NCBI GenBank assembly: GCA_963702845.1
Contig: OY969763.1
Coordinates: 5,056,001-5,120,000 of the forward strand
Reading direction: 5' to 3'
Origin: an uncultured Verrucomicrobiae bacterium
GTDB lineage: Bacteria; Verrucomicrobiota; Verrucomicrobiia; Limisphaerales; Palsa-1400
Length of the DNA stretch: 64,000 nucleotides
Position 1 is the stretch's first letter. Each line of letters begins with the position of its first letter. Below the pieces are notes generated by a model that worked only from the letters and a program-made list of their open reading frames with translations, made no database searches and had not been told where the DNA came from. Shown piece after piece: positions 10,369 to 18,660 of the stretch. A program made the position numbers and the translations under genes.

Positions 10369-11535
10369 ATGACAGGCTTTAAATCTTTGCCCCTGTCCTG
10401 TTCTCGCCGCGATTTTATTCGCCGCAGTGCTGCATTTGCGGCGCTCGCGTCAGCCAGCCCAAGCTTCGCCGCAGCGCTTTCACCGGAGATTCGTTCCAAC
10501 GCCAAGGTCGCCATTGTGGGATGCAAGACTTACGGCGCTGAAGTTAAACCGGCGTTGAAGCAGTGTTTCGATTTAATTGGTGGCATCCAGACGTTGATTA
10601 AAAACAAAACGGTCACGGTTAAGTTGAATCTGACCGGGACGAATTTCGGCCTGTTTCTCGGCCGGCCAGTGGGTGAAACTTACATGACTCATCCGGCGAC
10701 GGTGATGGCATTGACCGCGCTGCTCGTCGACGCAGGCGCGAAACGGATTCGTTACGTCGAATCGACGCAGAGCAAGTCGTCGCTGGAGAACAGCCTTGAA
10801 CTGGCGGATTGGGATGTCAAAGCGCTGTCGGCGATGGGCAATGTGATTTTTGAGAACACGCGCAATCTCGGGTCGAGCAAGTCTTACGCACATTTCAAAG
10901 TGCCGAACGGCGGGTTGATGTTTTCGGCGCTCGACCTGAATAAATCTTACGAAGAAACCGACGTGATGGTTTCGCTGGCGAAGTTGAAGAATCACGTGAC
11001 GGCAGGGGTGACGCTGTCGATGAAGAATTGTTTCGGGCTGACGCCCAACACGCTTTACGGCGGGCAGGCCGGGTCGGAAGATGCGACGGAGGGTCGCGGG
11101 CCGTTGCACTCGCCCCACGGTTACGATCAGATTAAATTACCCGGGCTGAAGCCGAGCCTGCCTTATAAAGATCCTTTCACGCGTGTGCCGCGAATTATTG
11201 TTGATGTCTGTGCGGCGCGACCGATTCATCTGGCAATCGTTGATGGTATCACGGCGATGAATCGTGGTGAGGGCCCGTGGACTGACCAAACCGGTGCCAT
11301 CAAGATGACCAAGCCTGGGGTTTTGATTGTTGGGTTGAATCCGGTTTCGACGGATGCGGTGGCAACGGCGGTGATGGGTTATGACAATCCGCGCGCAGCC
11401 AAGGGCGTGCACCCGTTCGAAAATTGCGACAATCATTTATTGCTGGCGGAAGAGGCTGGGTTGGGCACGGCGGATTTGAGCAAGATCGATGTGCGCGGGA
11501 TGCCGATTGCCAAGGCGATTTACAAATACGGTTGA
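10369..11535 (+). CDS. DUF362 domain protein with Tat signal peptide
   Basis: SRRDFI twin-arginine signal; TVTVKLN, THP, KLKNH..AGVTLSMKNCFG, IVDGI...GEGP motifs. Confidence 0.85.
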   Translation: MTGFKSLPLSCSRRDFIRRSAAFAALASASPSFAAALSPEIRSNAKVAIVGCKTYGAEVKPALKQCFDLIGGIQTLIKNKTVTVKLNLTGTNFGLFLGRPVGETYMTHPATVMALTALLVDAGAKRIRYVESTQSKSSLENSLELADWDVKALSAMGNVIFENTRNLGSSKSYAHFKVPNGGLMFSALDLNKSYEETDVMVSLAKLKNHVTAGVTLSMKNCFGLTPNTLYGGQAGSEDATEGRGPLHSPHGYDQIKLPGLKPSLPYKDPFTRVPRIIVDVCAARPIHLAIVDGITAMNRGEGPWTDQTGAIKMTKPGVLIVGLNPVSTDAVATAVMGYDNPRAAKGVHPFENCDNHLLLAEEAGLGTADLSKIDVRGMPIAKAIYKYG

Positions 11536-11595
11536 TTGGTAGAACGCCGCAGTTGTTATTGCAAAATAACTGACAACGAACTACTGACTACTGAC

Positions 11596-12753
11596 ATGTT
11601 CCGCTTCATATCGTGCGCGCTCGGGCTGTTGCTCACGTCTTCATTCGCCGATGCGCAGCAGTCTGCTCCGGTCAAAAAACTGCGCGACATCGTCGTTTAC
11701 AAAAACGACAAGTTTTATAGTTCGTTCCCATCGATTGTTCGCCGGCCAGATGGAGAACTGATCGTGGCGTTTAGGCGCGCGCCCAATCGGCAGTTGATGG
11801 GTTCCACCGCCATTTCTCACACTGACGCGAACAGCTATCTCGAATTAGTGCGCTCGCATGACAACGGCGAGACGTGGTCGCAACCCGAATTGCTTTTTGC
11901 CCATCCGTTCGGCGGTTCGCAGGACCCGTGCATGGTTCAACTTCGCGACGGGACGATTGTTTGCAGCAGTTACGGTTGGTGCCTGATGCCTCCCAAAACC
12001 GAGAAAAACAAAGACTTGTTTCACCACGGCGCCTATTCGTTCCTTGGCGGCTTTATCGTGCGTTCCACGGATGGCGGACATCATTGGGGCGGGCAAATTG
12101 AGCCACCGCCGACGCCAGGTGATAAAACGTTCGATGTCTTCGGACGCGTCGTGCCGGCTTACAATCGCGGCGCGATGTGCGAAGGAAAGGACGGTCGGTT
12201 GTATTGGGTCGTCGCCTCAAAGCGCGCGACGGACGGGGAGCACACGTCCGTTCACCTTATGATTTCCGCCGATGAAGGGAAGACGTGGGCCTATTCGTGC
12301 CCGGTCGCTGCCGATCCGAAAATCACGTTCAACGAAACTTCGATATACGAAACGCCGAAGGGCGATTTGGTGGCGTTCATTCGGACTGAAGGCTACGACG
12401 ACCACTCCGTTATCGCGCGCTCAACTGATCACGGCAAAACTTTCGGCAAATGGCAGGACGCCGTGTTCCAGGGACATCCGCACTACGCGTTACAATTACC
12501 GGATGACCGCGTGCTGTTGATTTACGGGTATCGCCACGCGCCGTTCGGAGTGCGCGCGCGGGTTCTCGATTCCGAATGCACTGATTGGAGCGGGCCTGAA
12601 ATAATTTTGCGCGACGATGGCAAGCAGGGCGATTTGGGATACCCATGGGCGACGATGATTTCAAAAGATCGTGCATTGGTGGTGTATTACATTCACAGCC
12701 CGGAAGACATCAGTCACATTGCCGGAACTCTCGTCGAAATAAAATCGCACTGA
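11596..12753 (+). CDS. Exported sialidase-family / BNR Asp-box propeller glycosidase
   Basis: Signal peptide; Asp-boxes SHDNGETW, STDGGHHW, SADEGKTW, STDHGKTF; FP..VR and GYP motifs. Confidence 0.8.
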   Translation: MFRFISCALGLLLTSSFADAQQSAPVKKLRDIVVYKNDKFYSSFPSIVRRPDGELIVAFRRAPNRQLMGSTAISHTDANSYLELVRSHDNGETWSQPELLFAHPFGGSQDPCMVQLRDGTIVCSSYGWCLMPPKTEKNKDLFHHGAYSFLGGFIVRSTDGGHHWGGQIEPPPTPGDKTFDVFGRVVPAYNRGAMCEGKDGRLYWVVASKRATDGEHTSVHLMISADEGKTWAYSCPVAADPKITFNETSIYETPKGDLVAFIRTEGYDDHSVIARSTDHGKTFGKWQDAVFQGHPHYALQLPDDRVLLIYGYRHAPFGVRARVLDSECTDWSGPEIILRDDGKQGDLGYPWATMISKDRALVVYYIHSPEDISHIAGTLVEIKSH

Positions 12754-12765
12754 GTTAACAGAATT

Positions 12766-13863
12766 ATGCGTTCACTTGCCATTGCTGTCACAGTGCTGCT
12801 GCTGAGCGGCCGAGTTGTCATGTCGCAAACGAATATTAATTATTCCAAAATCTGGTTGGAGCACACGCCGAAAGTGCCTGACCTGAACATTCCGTCAGAC
12901 GTGAAGCAGTGGGAACAGGATCGCGCCAAGATTCGCGCACAGCTTTGGAAATTGCTCGGCGATTTGCCGTCACGGCCAAAGGTACCGGAGGTGAAGACGA
13001 TTTCGCGCGAGGATCGTGGGGATTATATTTTGGAGAAATTCGAATTCGATAATGGCGCGGGAGCAACGGTGCCGGGTTATCTTTTTTTACCGAAGAACGT
13101 CAGCGGGAAAGCGCCGGCGATTCTCTACAACCATTGGCACGGCGGGACGTATCCTATCGGCAAAGAGGAAGTATTTTTCCAGAAGCACACGCCGCAGGAT
13201 CCTGGACCGACTTTTGCGAAGCGCGGCTATGTTTTGATTGCGATTGACTCGTACTGTTTCGGCGAACGCAATGGACAAGGGCCCAGCGGCGCATCCTATG
13301 ACAAAGCCGGCGGCGAGATGAGCGCGGCGAAGTTTCAATTGTGGTACGGACGCAGTCTTTGGGGGATGATCGTGCGCGACGACCAGATGGCGTTGGATTA
13401 CTTGTGCTCGCGACCAGAGGTAGACACGAACAACGTCGGCACGACGGGGATGAGCATGGGTTCGACGCGTGCGTGGTGGTTGATGGCTTTGGACGATCGC
13501 ATCAAAACGAGCGTGAACGTTTGTTGTTTCATGCGATATCAAAGTTTGCTGGAACACGATATGCTTTCGAGTCATGGGATTTATTTTTTCGTGCCGGGGA
13601 TGTTGGAGCATTTCGATTCGGAAGCAGTCATCTGTAGCCTCGCTCCCCGCCCTGCCCTGTTCATGACGGGTGACAAAGACCCGACATCGCCCGTGGATGG
13701 CCTTCATTTTCTTGAGGGGAAAGCAAAGCAAGTCTACGCGATCTATGGGAAACCCGAGAATTTCGAGAGCGTTGTTTACCCGAATCTCGCTCACGTTTAC
13801 CTGCCCGAGATGTGGCAAAAGACTCTTGCGTGGATGGATGCGCATTTGAAGACGCAGAAGTAG
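12766..13863 (+). CDS. Exported alpha/beta hydrolase (dienelactone hydrolase / acetylesterase-like)
   Basis: Signal peptide; GMSMG nucleophile elbow; GDKD acid residue and LAH catalytic His candidates. Confidence 0.85.
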   Translation: MRSLAIAVTVLLLSGRVVMSQTNINYSKIWLEHTPKVPDLNIPSDVKQWEQDRAKIRAQLWKLLGDLPSRPKVPEVKTISREDRGDYILEKFEFDNGAGATVPGYLFLPKNVSGKAPAILYNHWHGGTYPIGKEEVFFQKHTPQDPGPTFAKRGYVLIAIDSYCFGERNGQGPSGASYDKAGGEMSAAKFQLWYGRSLWGMIVRDDQMALDYLCSRPEVDTNNVGTTGMSMGSTRAWWLMALDDRIKTSVNVCCFMRYQSLLEHDMLSSHGIYFFVPGMLEHFDSEAVICSLAPRPALFMTGDKDPTSPVDGLHFLEGKAKQVYAIYGKPENFESVVYPNLAHVYLPEMWQKTLAWMDAHLKTQK

Positions 13864-13870
13864 CGTTGTT

Positions 13871-13895
13871 TGGGTGGCGGAACGCGTCCCTACCG
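13871..13895 (-). repeat. Degenerate GTAG-type REP-like element
   Basis: Minus strand GGTAGGGACGCGTTCC shares GGTAGGGACG with the element at 9701. Confidence 0.45.
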
Positions 13896-14088
13896 GTCGT
13901 AAATTGCCATCGTGGTTTTTCCAGGGTGCTTTGTGAAACTCCGAGCCGGCGCTAGACGGACGGCGTAGTCGCTTCTACGTATTCGGACGAACTCGATTGC
14001 TGTGGTTCGCCCAATTTCCGAAAACGCATCTCTGGGGAACAGTCAGGCCGCCCGCGACTTGTATGTGACACTCGTCACTCGCGAGAAA

Positions 14089-15678
14089 ATGGCCATTATG
14101 AAATTAACACTACCCAAGCGCTGCGTTGGATGGAAAACGGTTTCGAACTTCGTTGTTCTGTTTTGTTTACTGCTCGCGGTTCCGTGGAGCCGCTCAGCAC
14201 CTGTGGTTGACACAGTCACAAAATTAACTGCGAGTGATGCGAGGACGAATCTGTTATTTGGGACGAGCGTGGCCATTGACTCTGGGCTGGCGGCGGTTGG
14301 TGCGGTGGATACCACGAACGGGGCTGTTTATACATACGCGCTGGTTGGCGGCAATTGGGTGCAGACGCAGAAGCTCACGGATCCGGCGCCGCCATGCGGG
14401 ACGGATGCGTTTGGGGCATCGGTTGCAATGCAGAACGGGTTGTTGGTGGTCGGCCAACCGCAAGGCTGCCCGAATCTCGATTTGTCGGGACAGGTGCTCA
14501 TTTACAAACTCGTCGCCAACACGTGGGTTTTGCAGCAGATCTTAATCGAAAATAATCCGCCGTTTCCGGTGAATGGGTTCGGGACGTCGGTGGCGGCGAG
14601 CAGCAACACGATCGTCGTTGGGAACCCGAACGATGCGACCGGGCCGGGCTCCGGCGCGGTTTCAATATTTACCAACAATGGGACAAGTTGGAATCTTCAG
14701 GCAAAAGTGACAGCACCGAATAACACGTTCCAGGCTTTTACAGGCCAGTCGGTTGCCGTTGAAGGCGACGCGCTGATCGCGGGAGCGCCTGGCATCGGGA
14801 TTGCAGGTGGAGCATTCGTTTTTCTCCGCACCGGCACGACGTGGACGCTGACCCAAACGCTTTTGCCAGTGATTCACACCGCCGCGAATTTCGGGGTATC
14901 CGCGGCGTTGCAAGGTGGCGTTGCAGTGATCGGAGCGCCGGGAGAAGCTGACAGTAATGGGATCGCTGGTGGTGCGGCGTTTGTTTATCGTCGTATGTTT
15001 AACTCTTTTGTGCAGCAACAGGAATTGACGCCGACGGCAAATGTGCGCGGGTTGGGCTTTGGCACTTCGGTTTCGGTCCTGAACGGAACACTTGTGGTGG
15101 GTATTCCCTTCCGGACGGTCAACGGCCACACCAACGCCGGAGCTGCGGACATTTTCACGGTGAACGGGACGAGTTGGGTGCTTGCGCAAGAGGTCGCCGC
15201 GTCTGACCCAAGCAACGGGGCGCAATTCGGTCACGCGGTCGATATTGGGCAGAGCGGGATTATCGTCGGGGCGCCGTTCGACAGTCAGATCCTTACCAGC
15301 GCTGGGGCTGCTTACATTTTTTCAACGAGTGCCAACAACGGACCGGTGATTGTCAGTGCGACGGCTAGTCCGAACGTGCTTTTCCCGCCGAATCACAAGT
15401 TGGTGCCGGTCACAATTACAGTGAATGCAACGGGCAGCTTCGTTTCGTGCGTTATTCTCGGAGTAAGGAGCAATCAACCGATTAACGGCACGGGCGATGG
15501 GAACGCTTCTCCTGATTGGATTATCACCGGTGATTTGACCCTGCTGTTGCGCGCGGAACGGGCTGGCAACATCAAGACCGATCGCGTTTACACCATCACG
15601 GTGTTGTGCGCTGACTCGTTAGGCAACACAGCGCGAAGAGACGTCCTGGTGACTGTGCCACACGATCAGGGCAAGTAG
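14089..15678 (+). CDS. Exported FG-GAP repeat beta-propeller protein with C-terminal PPNHK-type Ig-like domain
   Basis: Signal peptide; about seven FGxSVA...VGAP...GAVY repeats; C-terminal LFPPNHKLVPV...LRAERAG...RVYTI...VPHDQGK. Confidence 0.85.
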   Translation: MAIMKLTLPKRCVGWKTVSNFVVLFCLLLAVPWSRSAPVVDTVTKLTASDARTNLLFGTSVAIDSGLAAVGAVDTTNGAVYTYALVGGNWVQTQKLTDPAPPCGTDAFGASVAMQNGLLVVGQPQGCPNLDLSGQVLIYKLVANTWVLQQILIENNPPFPVNGFGTSVAASSNTIVVGNPNDATGPGSGAVSIFTNNGTSWNLQAKVTAPNNTFQAFTGQSVAVEGDALIAGAPGIGIAGGAFVFLRTGTTWTLTQTLLPVIHTAANFGVSAALQGGVAVIGAPGEADSNGIAGGAAFVYRRMFNSFVQQQELTPTANVRGLGFGTSVSVLNGTLVVGIPFRTVNGHTNAGAADIFTVNGTSWVLAQEVAASDPSNGAQFGHAVDIGQSGIIVGAPFDSQILTSAGAAYIFSTSANNGPVIVSATASPNVLFPPNHKLVPVTITVNATGSFVSCVILGVRSNQPINGTGDGNASPDWIITGDLTLLLRAERAGNIKTDRVYTITVLCADSLGNTARRDVLVTVPHDQGK

Positions 15679-15908
15679 ACTGAACAGTTTCGGGACACCG
15701 CGATGATCATTGTGCGGATTTGGTCCGCACATAAAATCGGGATCAGTCCCGCGGTAGGGGTTAGCGTAACGGGAAGCTCGTGTAACGCGGGCTTCTCCTT
15801 ACGTATTTTTCGTCCAAGCGCGTAGCATCCTCAGCACTGCGTCGACTACTTGACGTATGCGCCATTCCGCGTGAACGGTGTAAAGGAACATCGAACCGCA
15901 GGGGGAAA

Positions 15909-17789
15909 ATGAAACAGCCAACGTCAGGCTTTATTGTTGGTTGCTGTTTGGCAATGGCGCTGGTCATTGCCAGCACGACCAAAGCTGAGGTGGTCGATAC
16001 GGCAAAGCTTTTGCAGCCGATCGACCCACACTTGAATCAGGACTTCGGATATGCCGTCGCGATCAGCGGCACTAACGCGGTGGTGGGTGCGCCGGAGTCG
16101 GCGCTTCAGCCGGGTGCTGCATATGTATATAGCAAGTTTGGGACGAATTGGATTTTTCAGCAAAAACTTGTTCCCGTCCAGGCGACCACCAACTCTCTAA
16201 CGGGAATTTCGGTTTCAATCGATGGCGATCGGCTCGCACTCGGCGCTCCCGGCTTCAATACCAACCTGAGCACCGCCGATCCTGGAGTGGTGTATATCTA
16301 TCAACAAACGAATGGTGTCTGGGGACAACAGGCCCAGCTCTTCGCCCCTGACGGGCAGCGCGCAGATAAATTTGGGGTGTCGGTCGCACTGAGCGGACTC
16401 TCCATCGTCATTGGCTCGAGTTTCCATAACGATTTCGGGGAGACCAATAATGGCTCGATTTACGTATTTGATCTGACCGACGCGGGCTGGCAGTTGAGTA
16501 CAAAGATTGTGCCAAACGATTTGACGAACAGCTCGTTTTTCGGTCAACGCGTTGCCATGAGCGGCAATACGCTGATTGCGTGCGCCAGCAGTTCGTTGGT
16601 TTCGGTGGGCAACTTGTTCTTCGTCTCGCCGGGAGCGGCTTACGTTTATACGCGGACGAATGTTACTTTTTACTTCGCGCCTTGGAGTCTTCAACAAAAG
16701 CTTCTGCCGAACGACTTTACGGCCGACGGTGGGTTTGGTTATTCGGTCGCGCTCGATCGAGATACGGCATTGATTGGGGCGCCGTTTACAAGTGAGGGTG
16801 GAGCCGTGTTTGCTTTTAATCGCAGCGGGAACGTGTGGACACAGCAAACGCAAATTGTTTCGAGCGATTTGACCAACGGAGATAATTTTGGTTTCTCCGT
16901 CGCACTGCAGGGAACACGGGCGGTGATCGGAGCGGAAGGGAAGAATTCGAATAACATTGTTGGTCTCGGCGCGGCTTATGTATTCGCGGAAACGAATATG
17001 TTTATTGATACAAATGTATTTACCACAAACAGCACTGTGTTAGTTCAGACGAATACCTTTACTGACACCAATGCTTTTGCTCCCACGAATGCGCTCGATT
17101 CGCCCACTTTTTTGGCCCAGAGCAATTTGTTTATAGCCAACAGTGTATTCGCTGCGAACAATGTTGTGGATACGCCGAATGGACTGGGTTTAACCAACGG
17201 GGCTGGAACGACAAACAGCGGCTGGACAGAACAACAGAAACTGCTGCCGTTGCAAACGGCAAACAATTTTGAGTTTGGTTTTTCGGTTGGCATCGGCGCG
17301 CAGGGAATTCTCGTCGGCGCTCCTGCCGCTCAGATCGACCGCGGGACGGGGGCGGCTTACATGTTGGGCAGTTCGGAGTCGATTCTGTCGATTGTTTCAG
17401 CTACCGCCTCGCCGCCCGTCATTCTGACGCCGCGAAATCATTTGTTCGTTCCAGTCACAATTAACGTGGTCACGACGGGGTCGAATGTGACGTGCAGAAT
17501 CATTTCTGTGACCAGCAACCAACCAGACATTGGAATCGGTCCTAACGCGGACGCGCCCGACTCAATCATTACCGGTGATTTGACGGTGCTCCTGCGCGCC
17601 GAAGGAACGGACAACGTCAATGTCGACCGCGTTTATAACATCCTGGTCGCATGCACGGACCAGTTCGGAAACGTCGTCACAACGACTGTTTCGGTGGTGG
17701 TTCCGCATACGTTGGGCACAGCCGCCATCGACACTGGATCTATCTTCACCAATACCGCGCTATTCCCTAACGTTTTGCTGGGCCCTTAA
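15909..17789 (+). CDS. Second FG-GAP propeller protein (tandem paralog) with a TN-rich insert and the same C-terminal domain
   Basis: Signal peptide; FG-GAP repeats; C-terminal LTPRNHLFVPV...ITGDLTVLLRAEG...DRVYNI...VPH. Confidence 0.85.
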   Translation: MKQPTSGFIVGCCLAMALVIASTTKAEVVDTAKLLQPIDPHLNQDFGYAVAISGTNAVVGAPESALQPGAAYVYSKFGTNWIFQQKLVPVQATTNSLTGISVSIDGDRLALGAPGFNTNLSTADPGVVYIYQQTNGVWGQQAQLFAPDGQRADKFGVSVALSGLSIVIGSSFHNDFGETNNGSIYVFDLTDAGWQLSTKIVPNDLTNSSFFGQRVAMSGNTLIACASSSLVSVGNLFFVSPGAAYVYTRTNVTFYFAPWSLQQKLLPNDFTADGGFGYSVALDRDTALIGAPFTSEGGAVFAFNRSGNVWTQQTQIVSSDLTNGDNFGFSVALQGTRAVIGAEGKNSNNIVGLGAAYVFAETNMFIDTNVFTTNSTVLVQTNTFTDTNAFAPTNALDSPTFLAQSNLFIANSVFAANNVVDTPNGLGLTNGAGTTNSGWTEQQKLLPLQTANNFEFGFSVGIGAQGILVGAPAAQIDRGTGAAYMLGSSESILSIVSATASPPVILTPRNHLFVPVTINVVTTGSNVTCRIISVTSNQPDIGIGPNADAPDSIITGDLTVLLRAEGTDNVNVDRVYNILVACTDQFGNVVTTTVSVVVPHTLGTAAIDTGSIFTNTALFPNVLLGP

Positions 17790-17851
17790 AGATTGCCAAA
17801 CTGACAATTGGTAGTTGAACAGGCATGCCTGTCTTTAATAGCTTCTTACCT

Positions 17852-18607
17852 ATGGCAGCAATCGGTCGTTTTCAAAAGGGTGACGAAGTTTTCTACGCTA
17901 AAGTGGTCGATGGCGAACTGTTTCGCCTCCAGGGTGATGTGTTCGGCTCGCCCTCGTTCGATAAAAAGCCGACGCCGTTCAAAGGCGTCAAGACGCTCAC
18001 GCCGGTTGCGCCTTCGAAGCTTGTCGCGGTCGGCTTGAACTACGCCGATCACGCGCGCGAGCAAAACAAGCCGCTGCCAAAAGAACCGCTCTTTTGGTTC
18101 AAAGCGCCGACCTCCTTAATGGCAGATGGCGGCAAGATCGAAATTCCGTTTCCGGATCATCGCACTGATTTCGAAGGCGAACTGGCGATCGTCATTGGAC
18201 GCCGGGCACGCAACGTCACGGCGGCGGCGGCGTCCCGTTACATTTTTGGTTACACCGCGTCGCAGGATATCAGCGATCGCACGATTCAAAATGCGGAAGG
18301 GCAGAACGCGCGCGCGAAATCGTTCGACACCTTCACGCCCCTTGGGCCCTACATCGAAACGAAGATCGACCCGCATGAGTTGACCATCCAGATGTTTCAA
18401 AATGGTCAGTTGCGCCAGAACTCGAACACCGACCAGCTCATCTTCGACACCTATAAACTAGTGAGTTTCATTTCGACGAACATGACGCTCCTGCCCGGCG
18501 ACGTCATCCTGACCGGCACGCCGAGTGGCGTGGGCCCGATTCAAAGCGGCGACCGGCTGGAAGTACGTATCCAAGGTTTGGCGCCGTTGCTAAACACAGT
18601 TAAATAA
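17852..18607 (+). CDS. Fumarylacetoacetate hydrolase family protein
   Basis: VGLNYADH, DFEGELA, DISDR, RAKSFDTFTPLGP, PGDVILTGTPSGVG. Confidence 0.95.
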   Translation: MAAIGRFQKGDEVFYAKVVDGELFRLQGDVFGSPSFDKKPTPFKGVKTLTPVAPSKLVAVGLNYADHAREQNKPLPKEPLFWFKAPTSLMADGGKIEIPFPDHRTDFEGELAIVIGRRARNVTAAAASRYIFGYTASQDISDRTIQNAEGQNARAKSFDTFTPLGPYIETKIDPHELTIQMFQNGQLRQNSNTDQLIFDTYKLVSFISTNMTLLPGDVILTGTPSGVGPIQSGDRLEVRIQGLAPLLNTVK

Positions 18608-18660
18608 CGTTCAGCTTTTTCTTTGCGCTTCCCACGCTTTTTGCGGTTAGACTTCACTTT

